Shown: piece by piece, positions 45,555 through 58,760 of the stretch
Position numbering within the stretch: the first letter of the stretch is position 1
How the letters are laid out: every line of letters begins with the position of its first letter
NCBI GenBank assembly: GCA_048128005.1
Contig: JBEUKZ010000104.1
Span: 124,001 to 188,000 of the forward strand
DNA from: Veleropilina oligotropha
Lineage: Eukaryota
Length of the DNA: 64,000 nucleotides
Direction of reading: 5' to 3'
Program-made: the position numbers and the translations under genes
Notes under the pieces: generated by a model
What the model was told of the DNA's origin: nothing
The model's database searches: none
What the model saw: the letters and a program-made list of their open reading frames with translations, nothing else

Positions 45555-47002
45555 TGAGCGTAGTACCTATTTGCTGTCTCCATGGTCCAATGAACCGGAT
45601 TATGTGCCAAGACTCTGAAATCGCGCTGGTCAAGTGCGGGGATGATAGTTACATTCCTGAGATTCTTTAACGCTACATTGAATTCTCGGAGCATGTCTTG
45701 GTCTTTTACTCTTGTATCTGAATAGTTGAGCTCCTGAATGAAAATCTGGGCAGCTGGAAACTTAACTCTAATGGAGCTCACCATAAGCTTTAGATCGGAG
45801 ACCAATTTAGATTTAACCCTAGCAGAAACGTTGGTTCCAATACTTAGCAAAATCTTAGAAGCTTGGAACCCTGCAGTGAATTTTGCAACCATGTTTCTTA
45901 TGTGTGTGACATTGGCGCCTGGATAACAGTGAATTTGCATGTCCTCATGGGGATCAACGTTTATCTTGCTAATGTTTGAACTACCGATAAGAAGGACATG
46001 CTTATTAACTCGAGGTAAATACCAATTAGACTTGTCGCCAATGTGCGCTCGAAATTGAGAAAACTTAGTTTTATGGGAATTCCTCGTATAGGCTGCGGTG
46101 GATGAGGTGGGAGTCGGTGAAGCCGGCCTCCCTGGCTTGTTAGTATGGTTAACAGTAGGCGGAGACGAAACCACAGTAGATAACAGATGGGGTGGGTGGT
46201 GCGGATTCGGCATTCGGTCAACTCCAGCCCCAGGGGGCGGTGGAGTTTTCTTCATGTCAATCCGCTTAGAAGAGGGTGGTAGAATCGGAGATGCAGAAGA
46301 TGCTACAAAAGAAGTACTCGGAGAACCTAGCTGTCCAGATCCACCGCTCCCAGAAGGGGTAGGCATCACCTTCTCGCTTGGTCTCGTTGTACCAACAGGA
46401 GGAGAAACCGTAGGTGACAGAGCTCTTTTCCGCGTGGGATTTTCAGGGGCAGCAACAGGCTGATCTAAATTGCTGACAGGGGGTTTCAAGTTAGCTAAGA
46501 AGGATTCGTACTCAGAAATTGCCACCGGAGATAACTTCGACCCATAGTTTTTGTTACCCCATTTAATTGCATGGTCACGAGCTCGGTCGAAATCTAAGTT
46601 TAATTGACTATACGAAGATTTAACATCTGACTCCAATGACGTTAGTGTGGACTTATAATGTTGGGCCAGCTCCCTCATTTGCTTGTTAAGAAATTCCTCA
46701 TTGATCAGCCTTAGTGAGTTTAAAAATTCCCCGGAAGGTTGTGCTGGTTTAAAGAAAGAATTTAGCTCCCTTAGCTTTACTTCAGCGTATTTAGGTAATG
46801 TGCCCGAGTCAAAATGGCACTCAGAAATACCGAGATGCTGAAAAATTTGAAGAACTCGGTAATAAAGCTTCACCAGGCGGGAATAACCTGAAAACGCCTG
46901 GCTTTGCTCGTTATCGTTACGTGACCTGGCTTTACCGGACTGATTCCGATGTCCGCCCTTATGACCTCTCGTGAATTTACGGGCCATTGACCTACCTAAC
47001 AA
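45527..47002 (-). CDS. PLE ORF1: helical N-terminus, Pro/Ser-rich linker, C-terminal SGNH-like domain
   Basis: Intact 491 codons; LLIGSSN, YPGAN, LSIGTN, VHWT. Overlaps the ORF2 start. Confidence 0.7.
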   Translation of the reverse strand: MLGRSMARKFTRGHKGGHRNQSGKARSRNDNEQSQAFSGYSRLVKLYYRVLQIFQHLGISECHFDSGTLPKYAEVKLRELNSFFKPAQPSGEFLNSLRLINEEFLNKQMRELAQHYKSTLTSLESDVKSSYSQLNLDFDRARDHAIKWGNKNYGSKLSPVAISEYESFLANLKPPVSNLDQPVAAPENPTRKRALSPTVSPPVGTTRPSEKVMPTPSGSGGSGQLGSPSTSFVASSASPILPPSSKRIDMKKTPPPPGAGVDRMPNPHHPPHLLSTVVSSPPTVNHTNKPGRPASPTPTSSTAAYTRNSHKTKFSQFRAHIGDKSNWYLPRVNKHVLLIGSSNISKINVDPHEDMQIHCYPGANVTHIRNMVAKFTAGFQASKILLSIGTNVSARVKSKLVSDLKLMVSSIRVKFPAAQIFIQELNYSDTRVKDQDMLREFNVALKNLRNVTIIPALDQRDFRVLAHNPVHWTMETANRYYAHWLNHLDLN

Positions 47003-47308
47003 GTTACGGAGTGACTTCGATAAAGCTCAGATAAAGTTACGAGCTTTATAAAAATAATTAATCAAAATTATATGCACTCTTAACCAATAATATTAAGCGC
47101 TTAATCCACAAAATATTACGGTGTCAACGGGAGAAAGGCTAAACTTCCGATGCGAAGTTGCTTCAATAGAAAATAACTTGGGAGATGATATGGAATTAAT
47201 TATCAACTCTAGCTTTCAAACGCGTTTTTAAATAAGCCCCAAAGAAATTACGACGGCTTTAAAATACAAAAGGATGTGCACTGTTTAACACAAACTATTA
47301 TAACTTAT

Positions 47309-48434
47309 AACAAGAGCTGTCAGAAGGACAGCATGCTCGACTATCAAAAGCTGGATCGATGAATGGAAATAATTTGGTAAAAATGAAGCTAGAGTTATGG
47401 CCCTTGTATTGCAAGTTCGCATAATGATGTGACAAGCGTATGAAGTTTCAAGGCTGTAGTGTGAACACTTTGTGAGAAAAGGCCTTTCATGCAAAATGTT
47501 AACCTGAAGTTGACTTTGTGAGAAAAGGCCCTTCATGCAAAACATTAACCTGAATTGTCTAAGTCGAAAAAGGGGAATAATTTGGTAAAATAACGAAGCC
47601 AGATTTATTACGCCTGTACTGTAAGGTCGCATAATGACGTTGAACAAGTGTATGAAGTTTGAAAGGTGTAGTGTGAAAAATTTGTGGGAAAAGGCCCTTC
47701 ATGCAAAACATTAACCTGAATTGTCTAAGTCGAAAAAGGGGAATAATTTGGTAAAATAACGAAGCCAGATTTATTACGCCTGTAATGTAAGGTCGCATAA
47801 TGAAGTTGAACAAGTGTATGAAGTTAGAAAGGTGTAGTGTGAAAAATTTGTGGGAAAAGGCCCTTCATGCAAAACATTAACCTGAATTGTCTAAGTCGAA
47901 AAAGGGGAATAATTTGGTAAAATAACGAAGCCAGATTTATTACGCCTGTAATGTAAGGTCGCATAATGACGTTGAACAAGTGTATGAAGTTTGAAAGGTG
48001 CAGTGTGAAAAATTTGTGAGAAAAGACCCTTAATTCATGCAAAACATTAACCTGAATTGTCTAAGTCGAAAAAGGGGAATAATTTGGTAAAATAACGAAG
48101 CCAGATTTATTACGCCTGTAATGTAAGGTCGCATAATGACGTTGAACAAGTGTATGAAGTTTGAAAGGTGTAGTGTGAAAAAATTGTGAGAAAATACCCT
48201 TCATGCAAAACGTTAACCTGACTTGTCTAAGTCGAAAAAGGGGAATAATTTGGTAAAATAACGAAGCCAGATTTATTACGCCTGTAATGTAAGGTCGCAT
48301 AATGACGTTGAACAAGTGTATGAAGTTTGAAAGGTGTAGTGCAAAATGTTAACCTGAAGTTTGACGCCAACGCCAACGCCGACGACAGGGTGACTGCAAT
48401 AGCTCGTACTATTTTAAAATAGTCGAGCTAAAAA
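47309..48434 (-). mobile_element. Non-autonomous Helentron (HINE/DINE-like) carrying a 166-bp tandem array
   Basis: AACAAGAGCTGTC-AGAAG-GACAGC hairpin at one end, sub-TIR GCTCGACTAT/ATAGTCGAGC, A-run end. About five 166-bp units (starts at 47525, 47691, 47857...). Confidence 0.8.
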
Positions 48435-48903
48435 CAGCTCAAAAGTAATTACGAGAGCTGTGCAATTAACTAATTATGTACTCTTTAACCAATAATAAAA
48501 AATAAATGACTAGAAAAATATAAAACAGCTCCAAAGAAATTACAGGAGCCGTGCAATTAATATCACCAAATTGTATGCGCTCTTAACAAATGATAGTAAC
48601 TAAGTGACTCCAAAATAAGAAAGCTCAAAAGAAATTACGAGAGCCGAAAAATTAACCCAATTATGTGCACTCTTAACAAAAATATTAACTGCTTAAGCCA
48701 AATAAAATTATTGTATCAAAAATAAAAGAACTTAACTTCTGCTGCGAAGTTATTTAAATTGATAACAGATGAGATGAATATGGAAAATGTCTATATATAA
48801 CTATAACTAAATAACTATAATTAACACGAAATACAGATAACTAACACTAAATATAGAAAACTGTATTACCTTACACTCTTCTCTTTCTAGATTACACCGT
48901 CTT

Positions 48904-48983
48904 CCTGTAGCACTTTCGGGTGGCTTATTATTTATAATAAATTATAAATGAATAAACACTGGTTGTTTCCCTTCCTCAGCAGG
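48904..48983 (-). ncRNA. Candidate type I hammerhead ribozyme at the PLE 5' end
   Basis: CCTG-CTGAGGA-AGGG...CCC-GAAA-GTGC-TA-CAGG: stem I CCTG/CAGG, core CUGANGA and GAAA, minimal stem III, extended AT hairpin in stem II. Confidence 0.6.
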
Positions 48984-48998
48984 TTAACGACCAAGTCT

Positions 48999-49105
48999 GT
49001 ATGTATGTATGTATGTATGTATGTATGTATGTATGTATGTACGTACGTACGTACGTACGTACGTACGTACGTACGTACGTACGTACGTACGTACGTATGT
49101 ATGTG
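48999..49105. repeat. (TATG)n-(TACG)n microsatellite
   Basis: Directly visible. Confidence 0.97.
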
Positions 49106-49109
49106 AGTG

Positions 49110-49732
49110 ACAATTATATGAGAGGCATAACATGGTTTTGTTTTAACCAACATATATTAACGCACTGGCATCGATGTATACGGCCATTCTCCATATCATA
49201 TTATTAATAACATATGAAATTTGTGTATCAGTTAAAATGTCATATATCCCGACGGGACTCGAACCCGCGATCTCCTGAATTCCGTCCAGGCGCTCTACCG
49301 ACTAAGCTACGGGAACCAACGAGAAACATGGCATTGAAACTGATACAAGTGATGACCAGCAACGGTCGGCTCTGGCTTGTATGTATTTATTAGACAATTA
49401 TATGTGAGGCATAACATGGTTTTGTTTTAACCAACATATGTTAACGCACTGGCATCAATGTATACGGCCATTCTCCATATCATATTATTAATAACATATG
49501 AAATTTGTGTATCAGTTAAAATGTCACATATCCCGACAGGACTCGAACCCACGATCTCCTGAATTCCGTCCAGGCGCTCTACCGCTAAGCTACGGGAATC
49601 GACGAGAAACATGGCATTGAAACTGATACAAGTGATGCCCAGTAACGGTCGGCTCTGGCTTGTATGTATTTATTAGACAATTATATGAGAGGCATAACAT
49701 GGTTTTGGTTTTGTTTTAACCAACATATATTT
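49110..49732 (-). repeat. ~284-bp tandem repeat (~2.2 units), each full unit containing a tRNA-derived segment
   Basis: tRNA-like segments at 49246-49317 and 49530-49600: A box TAGCTTAG(T)CGG, B box GGTTCGAGTCC, non-canonical anticodon loop. Confidence 0.75.
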
Positions 49733-50460
49733 GCCTCGAGCATTTCGAGTGCACGTGTGTTTCACTATCGTCTGCTAAAACATGCCATTAATACATTTTC
49801 TTGTAATAAAACAATTACATGTTAACTTAAAACAGGATCTACAAATATTCAGAATCTAGGATATCTATACTTCATAGTTTAACACAAACCTGGAACAGGG
49901 AAAAGGGACACTTTGTTTGACTTCGTGTAGACAGTGTTTATTCTATCAGGACTCCATGATGACATGGATGAACCCCCGAAGCGTTTTACAATATCTAGTC
50001 AGAACAGAGTTATTTCCCCCTTACCACTATTTCACCAGTTGGGCGTAATTATGAATTTACATGAGCGTCACACTCTCCCCAGCAAAATAAATATCGTCCC
50101 GACATTAAAAAAGATGAAAATACAATAACAATAACTACCAAATGTCTCTGCGTCAGTAGCTTATTCACTACAGCTTTTAACTGTGTTTCTTATAACAATA
50201 AGTCCAAAAATCAACTTCTAGGTTGATATCACATATTGCAGATCGTAAGTCCCGAACGTCGCGGAATAATAGATGGCCAGTCTCCTCTTCAGGTTCAGTT
50301 CTCTTGAGATACCGGTACAAATAACACAAACTGTATATATATTAGCTGCCTAGTATAGTTGTCAATGATAATTACCGTATTTTTATTTTAGTAATAATAT
50401 AGGATGCAAGTTGCAGTTTGTGGCGTGGGTTACAAAATGGAGCCTCCTTAAGTTTACTGG

Positions 50461-51222
50461 CTATTGCCAAAGACGATCACTTCGTGGATTTAATTTCGCT
50501 ATGTAACTTAGGAATGATCGAACAGGACAGAAAGCGTAATCTGCTTGTTCCGGCATGAATGAGCCAAACGACTCTCGGTCATCGTCTCGGTGATTTTTGG
50601 TAAGTTCACCATGTTGTTGTTTAATGTATCTCAGTCCAGTGTTTGGATCAGTTGATAAATCAAACGAGGACTTTGTCATTTTCTCCATGTTTTCAGACCC
50701 GCGGCGAAAGAAGTACAGACGGATATCGAACTGGACTTTGTTTGCTAGTCCAAATGGCATGTTTGGGTTCATATAAATGGACAAATATAGTTTATTTCTG
50801 TCCGCTTCTGTAATAATTTCTTTGTGTGTTGTTTCACCTTTTCCACATGACTTTAGCTCTATTAAAACTGTTTTAAAACATTCATTTGAATCGTTGAATT
50901 CTGCATCTTTAATTATATCGAATGATTTAAGGTGTGGTGGAGACTTGAGGTAACGGTTTAACCCGTGTCTGATTGATTCTATTGTCGATGATTTGTAGAG
51001 GTTACCTTCTTGTGTCCTTAAATCCATGTAAAAATGACTGAGCGATTCATTTAATTTTACGGCGTCAAAATTTTCAAAATCTGTTGCTTGCTTTTTTTCT
51101 TTTAAATATTCTCTAAGAGTACGTGAAGCTGAGCAATTTGACTTCTTAGTATTGGCTGGTATTATGTTTGATCGTCGCTGTAATAGATCATTTGCCGTGT
51201 GGCTTGCGAAACGGTTCGCCAT
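50461..51222 (-). pseudogene. CryptonA/DUF3504-type tyrosine recombinase, C-terminally truncated
   Basis: NTKK, FYMDLR..G..YK.STI..IRHGLNRYL, G.G...HK..I, RRGSEN, ELTKNH, CPV.SF..Y..KL, LWQ*. Confidence 0.8.
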
Positions 51223-51434
51223 TGAAGCTGTGTTGATTGACGTAGCAGACGACGTGTTTACATAATTATGACGTTCATATTTATCTCCCTTGTCTATGGG
51301 GGCGCTCCAAAACGTTCTAGTACACACAACTACGTAAGGTATAAATAATTCATATACCCCGCCTGGGTGGGGAATATGGCAATTGTCAAAGGAACGTTAA
51401 CCAATCAGATTGCAGTATTAAGAGCTAAAGTAAG

Positions 51435-51840
<406 letters not shown>

Positions 51841-53765
51841 CTTGTAAAAGCTTAAATAATTTGGTCCATTCCGCTAAGATGAAAAAGGGGGTGGAGGTAC
51901 TGCCATTCAACCCCCGCTTTGACAACCAATAATCCATTAAATCTGCAATATGAATATTTTATGATGGTCAGTCGTTGACCAGCTTTCTTTTGATGTATAC
52001 AGTTTTGCTATGGAGCAATATTAAACACTTTAGAAACTGAAAAGAACAAGAGTGTACCATTGAGGGTACCATCAAATATAGCTCCCAAATGGATAGTTCA
52101 TCCCAGTTTATTCACTGTTACAAGTTGATTTCAACCCCAGGGGACCTCCATGGTCCAGAAAAACACGGGGTCGGAGGGTTGTGGGGGGGGGGGTGCAGAT
52201 AAACCATACATGACCCATGGCCTAAATAATAATACGTTACAACCTTAATACTTAATCCAAACACCTGACCATGGACTCCTATCACATCTTGCCCTATCGA
52301 GGCTGGCAGCGCCTGTAGCCATCTCTCGTTGTGATTATGTGTCCATTAGAATGACTGAGACAGACTAACAGACCGACTGCCTCTCTCACTCTGGCTCTCT
52401 CCCTCTGGCTCATTTGAACACATATCGATCAATCTGCGCGAACCGTGCGATAATGGGGGATTAGTCAATCAATTTTAATATTACTAAATAGTTCCTGAAG
52501 TGAGAATGCCTTAAAATAATTTTGATGCATTGTATCCAAATCAACACAGTCCAATATAATATGTTTAACAAACTGTTAGGACAGTAGCCCAAAGAACACA
52601 CACAGGTGGAGGCTCCCCTTAAAGCAAGTAGGAGTGATCGAGTCTAGTGAAAATGTCCAATTCTCGCTCTGATCAAGACGCAGGAGCCTGTAAGAGGGAC
52701 CCCACTCACCAAGAAGATCCTGGACATTCTGCAGTTTATGAGATCATCCAAACAACATTGCCATGCAGTTTGAATGTAAAAATTTGAACTTAAATTTGTA
52801 CTTAAATCTTAATACGGACTTTTGAATTTATAAGTTGGATAATTTGTAAAGCTGACGCTGCTTTATCAGACTTTTCACTGCATTCGATGGTAATATGGCT
52901 TGATATCCAGCTTAAGATGATGTTTTTTAAGAGATTTTTGTATTTGAGCATTAAATGTTGCATAAATACATGTCTATTCATCCCCCTCCAAAAGAGTTTC
53001 ACAGTTTTCTGCTTCACGGACAATTAAGAAAGTATTGTAAAATTTGGACCCCCTTTCAAACTTCAAAATCCCACCCCACCCCCACCCCCCTGGGGGTGGG
53101 TCAGGAAAAAAGACATGCTCTGGGGGTGGGTCAGGAAAAAAGACACACGATCCTGGGGTGGGTCATCATTTTTTGACACGATCAGTAGAACATTTCCACC
53201 CTCACCCTATAATAAATGACCAGTCCCTTACATACTGTTAAATACACTCCAAAATATATCAAAGCACATATATACATACTGCTAAATACACTCCAAAATA
53301 TTTCAAAGCACAGACCATGTATACATTAACAGAATCAATACATTTACAACAAAATTTATCCCGTGATGTCAATCACTCGATTGTATGTCTTAAAATCCAC
53401 GACTTTTACCAACTTGACCACTCTCCTAACATCATATACAAATGAATTCCATTGATTGACCTCACTAGAACGTAGCTTCTATACTTAGAGGTATGCAATA
53501 CTGCAGCATTAATAATCATCATCATTATCACCATCATCATCATAACCAACATCTTCGTCAGCATCATAAGTATACATGCATGTGCCTTATTATAGCAAAA
53601 CGTATCCATCATCGCTTATCGACTAAAATAAAGCTTCATCTCTCAAGTCTCTTAATCTCGTATCACATGTGCTGTTACAATAACGTATCTTCTCTATTAT
53701 AATGCAATAACTATCAACTATCTATTCTAACGATCATAATAATACACATAATACTATAATAAAGT

Positions 53766-56700
53766 CAGGGGCGGATCCAGGATTTCTGAAAAGTGGAGGG
53801 GGGGCGTAGTCTGCTAGGGGGGTTCGGGGCATGCACCCATGCATGCGTTCTCCTGCACTCTAGCATTTATATTGATCACTTTAATTATCTTAAAATTAGA
53901 CTTTAATGGACAAAAAATATGATCTAAACTTACGATAAATGCCAATAATATTAGAATGACTGCAAGCATACTCTTCATTGATGAAATTAAACTTTGGTCG
54001 AATCTGGCATAAAACTTAAAATTACCGTGTTTTCATGGCGCTTTATTTTAAAATTTGAATTACCGGTATATAATACATTATAAATTTATATTTTTAATTG
54101 CAAACTTCCACACCGAAATGAATGCAAATACGATGTTTGAATACCTACATTAAGAAACATACATTTCGCCATGTATGTAAGAGTAAAGTTTGAAATCTGA
54201 CATGTAACCTACTATGTCACACGGAGAAAAATTTCAACGATTAATGATGTGACATCCCCTCTCCTGCATTTTGACAGTGCAAATACGATGTTTTTACCAA
54301 CATTTATGAACATTTTCACCACTATGTATAAGTAATATGTTGCAAATTGAAGAGAAATTTATAACTAACGGTATGGCGCCTTGCAAAATTCTTTGTTCTC
54401 GTGATGTGAGATAAACGACCAGAATTAACCCCATTGTCTGTGCTATTAATTGGAACAACCGATTCTCACAGTCCCATTGTCCATATATCAAACTCATGGG
54501 TCGTATATGATTATACACATAATATTTAGTGACTACATTTGTAAATTTATTTTATGTCAAAATCAATGAAATAACATTAACAAGATAAACATTATAGTGG
54601 TCAGTAAAGTACTCAATCCCGCGTTTCCTTGGCCAAATATTCGTTATTTGAAAAATGCCTTACTAGTTAGTCTCATCATAATAATGTAATTATGCATGCA
54701 GACAATCATACAGAGATGCAGACAAAAATACACATAGACAGTTAAGCATTAAAGTTAAGTTATTTGAAGACAGGCAATATCTTAATCTTCAGAAAATGAT
54801 TGTTCCAGTTTTCTATTTCAGAATCAATTTTCGGATTGATGTTGTCAAACTTTTCAATGTCACCTTGAAACCCAGACATCTCGGTACAAGATATTCCATT
54901 ATTTTGCATGAACAAGATCATATTGAACATCTGCTGACCCAGAAGTTACTGGTACCATGTCATCGTATTCTTCTATTCATCCATATTCATTAGGGATGGT
55001 AAATTTGGGTATACAATGTCAGAATTTAGCCAAATCACTGCCTAAAAAGGAGCATTTGTAATAATGTTGCATTTTGGGGGTTAATTTTTCTCCATTAGCT
55101 TGTTTTTTTCTTGAATAGATTCCAGCGCAGCTTGCCGATATTCTTGCAGTTTGTTAAAAATATATAGAGTGGGCATATGCATGCCATCCATCCAATGCAT
55201 CTTGTGTTCGTTTCGAAGTATGTTGTGTCCTAAAGTGACATTACAAGGCATTCCGGACATTTTCACAGGCATTTATTTTGGCTTCCAACATGTAACTCTT
55301 CCTTTTCAAGTATGCTTCCTGTTGTGTATATCATGTGAAGGCGCAAAATCCCAAAATTCTTTAAACCAGGTCCCTAAGGGATTCCCAGGTTGGTTGTAAA
55401 TGTATAACTCGCCGGTTTCAACCAGTTTACAATATAATATATAGGTATGTATCGATGTAAGGAAGTATTTGCTTTTTCTTGACCACTGCAAGGTGCCGTT
55501 TTTGGAACTTTTGAACGTTATTTCGGTTATATCGCAGACGGGACATCTCTCTCCGATCAGACGGATGTCGTGTGCTATTATGGAGATGGTGTATTGATGG
55601 GAAAATATCTGATATATCCCAGGGGTTGAAACATAAACCCTTGGCTGCATAGACCACCTAGTCATGCCGCCACATTCTTGAACACTGTGTAGGTTCTCAA
55701 AATTTATGCTGTTGGACTTCGCACTTTGTTTCGTAGCTTGTGATGTTGCAAAAAAAATCCTCAACAGATACCGGTATCTTCAATCGGGTACGGCAATATC
55801 CACTCTGTTGTTAGCAGTACTATCTAGCTTTGGTTGATATTCCTTGGACGAAAAGATCAACCACGCTTGAACATGCTATTAGCTGTAGCATAAATAATGA
55901 TGGTCTTTGAGGTAGTCTGGTAATTGTAGTTCGGCTTTTTTGGGAACCAATTGGCAATGTACATCACTTTGGTCCGGACCATCAGAGTTTGGATAACTCC
56001 TATTTATCAAATGCTTCTAGTCGATCAATTTAAGGTCGCATTCGTGCTGCGGCTAGAAGTCTTGCCAACTGAGACCAGTTTTCCATGAGTTATATTATCT
56101 TAGGTGGTAAATATGATTAGTGCTGCATAATCCATACTAATGTTTCTGGATCACGTTCCTGCTGCTAGTGCATTTTAGACAACTATTTTCACATGCTGGA
56201 CCATTTTCAATCATATTCATCTGATAATGGAATTTGAGTAAATCAATGAATTACCATTTATCTATTATACATTATGTTATAAATCCATATAAAGACAAAT
56301 TCCTGAGAGCTAAGGCATGTACAAAACACAACATGAATCTCCAATGGGGGTGAAAACAGGTGGTCAGGAAAAACATGCTATACCTGTCATATAATATTGC
56401 AATCATAAGACATAGTTTAGTACCAAGGAATTCCTCTGACAAATTCAGGGAAACGGGATCATACATCATAAAGAATAAATAGGATAAGTCCTTACAGAAA
56501 ATCCAATAAAATGGCATAGTAGCTAGGAATTGACCTATTTCTAGACTTCCTTACAACGATCTCAAATGACGCCTTAAAATGTTAACTTTTCGAACTTTTT
56601 CCCATACCACCTCTATAATTTAGACAATATACATCAAATGAAGTGTTTTCTGCATTATTCAGATGAAGAGCTTTAATTTTATATGCTACAAGACTAAGTT

Positions 56701-57600
56701 ATCTTTAAAAATTCAATTTCAAATTTTGTCTCAAACTGTAGATTTACCAATAATTATGAACATTGTTATGGAAAACAAGACCCAATATGACAAAAAATGC
56801 CAAGAAAAATTGACAACATATTGTTCTGTGATCTATGGGTGCCACACAATACAAAAATAGCAAAGATTAAAAATTAACATTCAAAACACACGGCATTCCA
56901 TATGCCCCTACACTATTAACGGTGTGAAACCCCTCTCCTGCATTCTGAGAGTGCAAATACGATTTTCACCACTATGTATCGAGTAAAATTATGATAATTA
57001 TAAAACTATGAAAGTTCAAACCCCCTCTCCTGCATTCTGAAAATGCAAATACCATGTGTTTTTACTAACATTTAAGACCATTTTCGTTATTATATATGAG
57101 TAAACGGTTGCAAATTGTATATGAAATATGTTAATATTGATAATTAACAGTGTGAATGCCCCTTTCCTGCGTTCCGAGAGTGCAAATACGATGTTTATCA
57201 TCATTATGTATGAGCGCATGGTGATAAATCGAAGTTGCAAATTAATCTGTAGTATACAATTTTCGTTGTGGTCACAAGGGATCGTCGATTCGGGTGTCGG
57301 AAAAAAGCGCAAGAAATTTAAATCCTTGACAAAATTACGAGTAACGGTACGGAACTTCAAGCGTTATCGATTCAGACTTCGAAGACTATCGGACTTGTTA
57401 CAAACCGGTGACATTTTTTGTAAATACTAATTTGCATAATAAAAATATCAAGTTTATATACAAAATAGGTGTTTCGTTTTATCAAAAGTATCATAATGCA
57501 TCATTTTTATACAGAAATGTACACTCTACAGATTCGGTTCCGCTGGCAAAAAGGGTGGACGGGACGGAGCCGGGTCGGCCCCCCTCTAAATCCGCGCCTT
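53766..57600. mobile_element. Possible hAT-like non-autonomous element with internal insertions
   Basis: CAGGGGCGGATCCAGG at the left and TAAATCCGCGCCT at the right. CCCCTCTCCTGCATT..GTGCAAATAC repeats are shared with 10110-11130. No TSD seen. Confidence 0.35.
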
Positions 57601-58134
57601 AAAGTACTCGTTCATTACCATAACATCATATTTACAATGCATACTTCATACCCAATACATCATATCAGAGAGCGTATCAGTAATATCAACAATAATATCT
57701 AACTGCAATCTAAAAAATGAATAAAATCATTGCACATATTTACTTTGTGTTCTGCAACTCAATTATCTTCTTATACTTACAATCCTTTACATACATAATA
57801 CCTGTTTCTCTTTAACGCTGTTGAACCCTGCATCTTAATCTGAAATAGACTTTAATATTCTCATCATAGTCCAGTAAACATTGCATGATTTTGGGGTTAA
57901 CTTGGACATTTTTGACAACAGACGTTTTCTTCTTCTAAAGCGACCACAAATATGTATTGAATGGTAAAAAAATTCAACATTATGGAAATTGATTATTTTG
58001 ATGGTTTTCCACACCCACACCCACGACGTTTATGGTGATTTTTTAATGTGATTTCAATAAACCGAGTGTCATTGACACTAGTCATTTGGGGTTATCACGC
58101 ATTTTTGGAGTGCGATTTAATGTACATGCACTGT

Positions 58135-58760
58135 TGTTATCTCCGCCAATGAGGTTATATTTTTATTTCGTGTCTGTTTGTTCGTTTCTTTGTGTATTTG
58201 TATGTACAGCTGTCTGTTACCAGGATTACGCAAAATAATATGGACCTATTGCGGTGAAAGTTTATGGACGGATGGGTCGTGGGACAAGGACCATTTTTTT
58301 AACATTTTGGTGATGATTCAGATCTGGATCGAAATATTATGACGTCATTATCATGTGTTCGGTGTTTCTTTATATAATATTACGCAGGAATATGGAAAAA
58401 TAAAGACAGATTTTGGTGAAATATTGTGAACGGATTTTCATTGGGCTAAGCACCATTCCCTAAAAAATTGTTTATATTCCGGATCAGGATTCGAATATTA
58501 TGATGTCATAATTATGTTTTTGGCCTGTTTCTGTATGTTAGCAGCAGGATTACGCTAAAATGTATGTACAGATTTCGGTGAAATTTCGGAGGGATTGTTT
58601 TTGTGTAAACGACCAATCCATTACATTTTAGTGGTGAGAGGATCGGAATCGTGATACTATGACGTCATAACCATGTGTTTTGGTCTGTCAGATTTCGGTA
58701 AAATTGCGTGGAGAGTTTCCTTCGACACAGGGCCGATCCTATATGGATGCATTATGGCGT
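58135..58760 (+). repeat. Degenerate HINE/DINE-like element with ~180-bp internal repeats
   Basis: TTATCTCCGCCAATGAGGTTAT start, GTTT/GTCT microsatellite, repeated CAGGATTACGC / TATGACGTCATA units. Confidence 0.4.

Larger units (their letters stand above)
43010..48999 (-). mobile_element. Penelope-like element (Neptune-type), two ORFs, long 5' region
   Basis: ORF1, RT/GIY-YIG ORF2, repetitive 5' region and a candidate hammerhead. Bounded by TATG microsatellites; boundaries are approximate. Confidence 0.8.

Noticed and set aside
47285..48315. Repeated short ORFs or a CRISPR-like array
   Set aside because: 166-bp tandem units without unique spacers; no cas genes; eukaryotic context.
49246..49317. 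Functional tRNA gene
   Set aside because: Non-canonical anticodon loop and weak acceptor stem; embedded in a tandem repeat.
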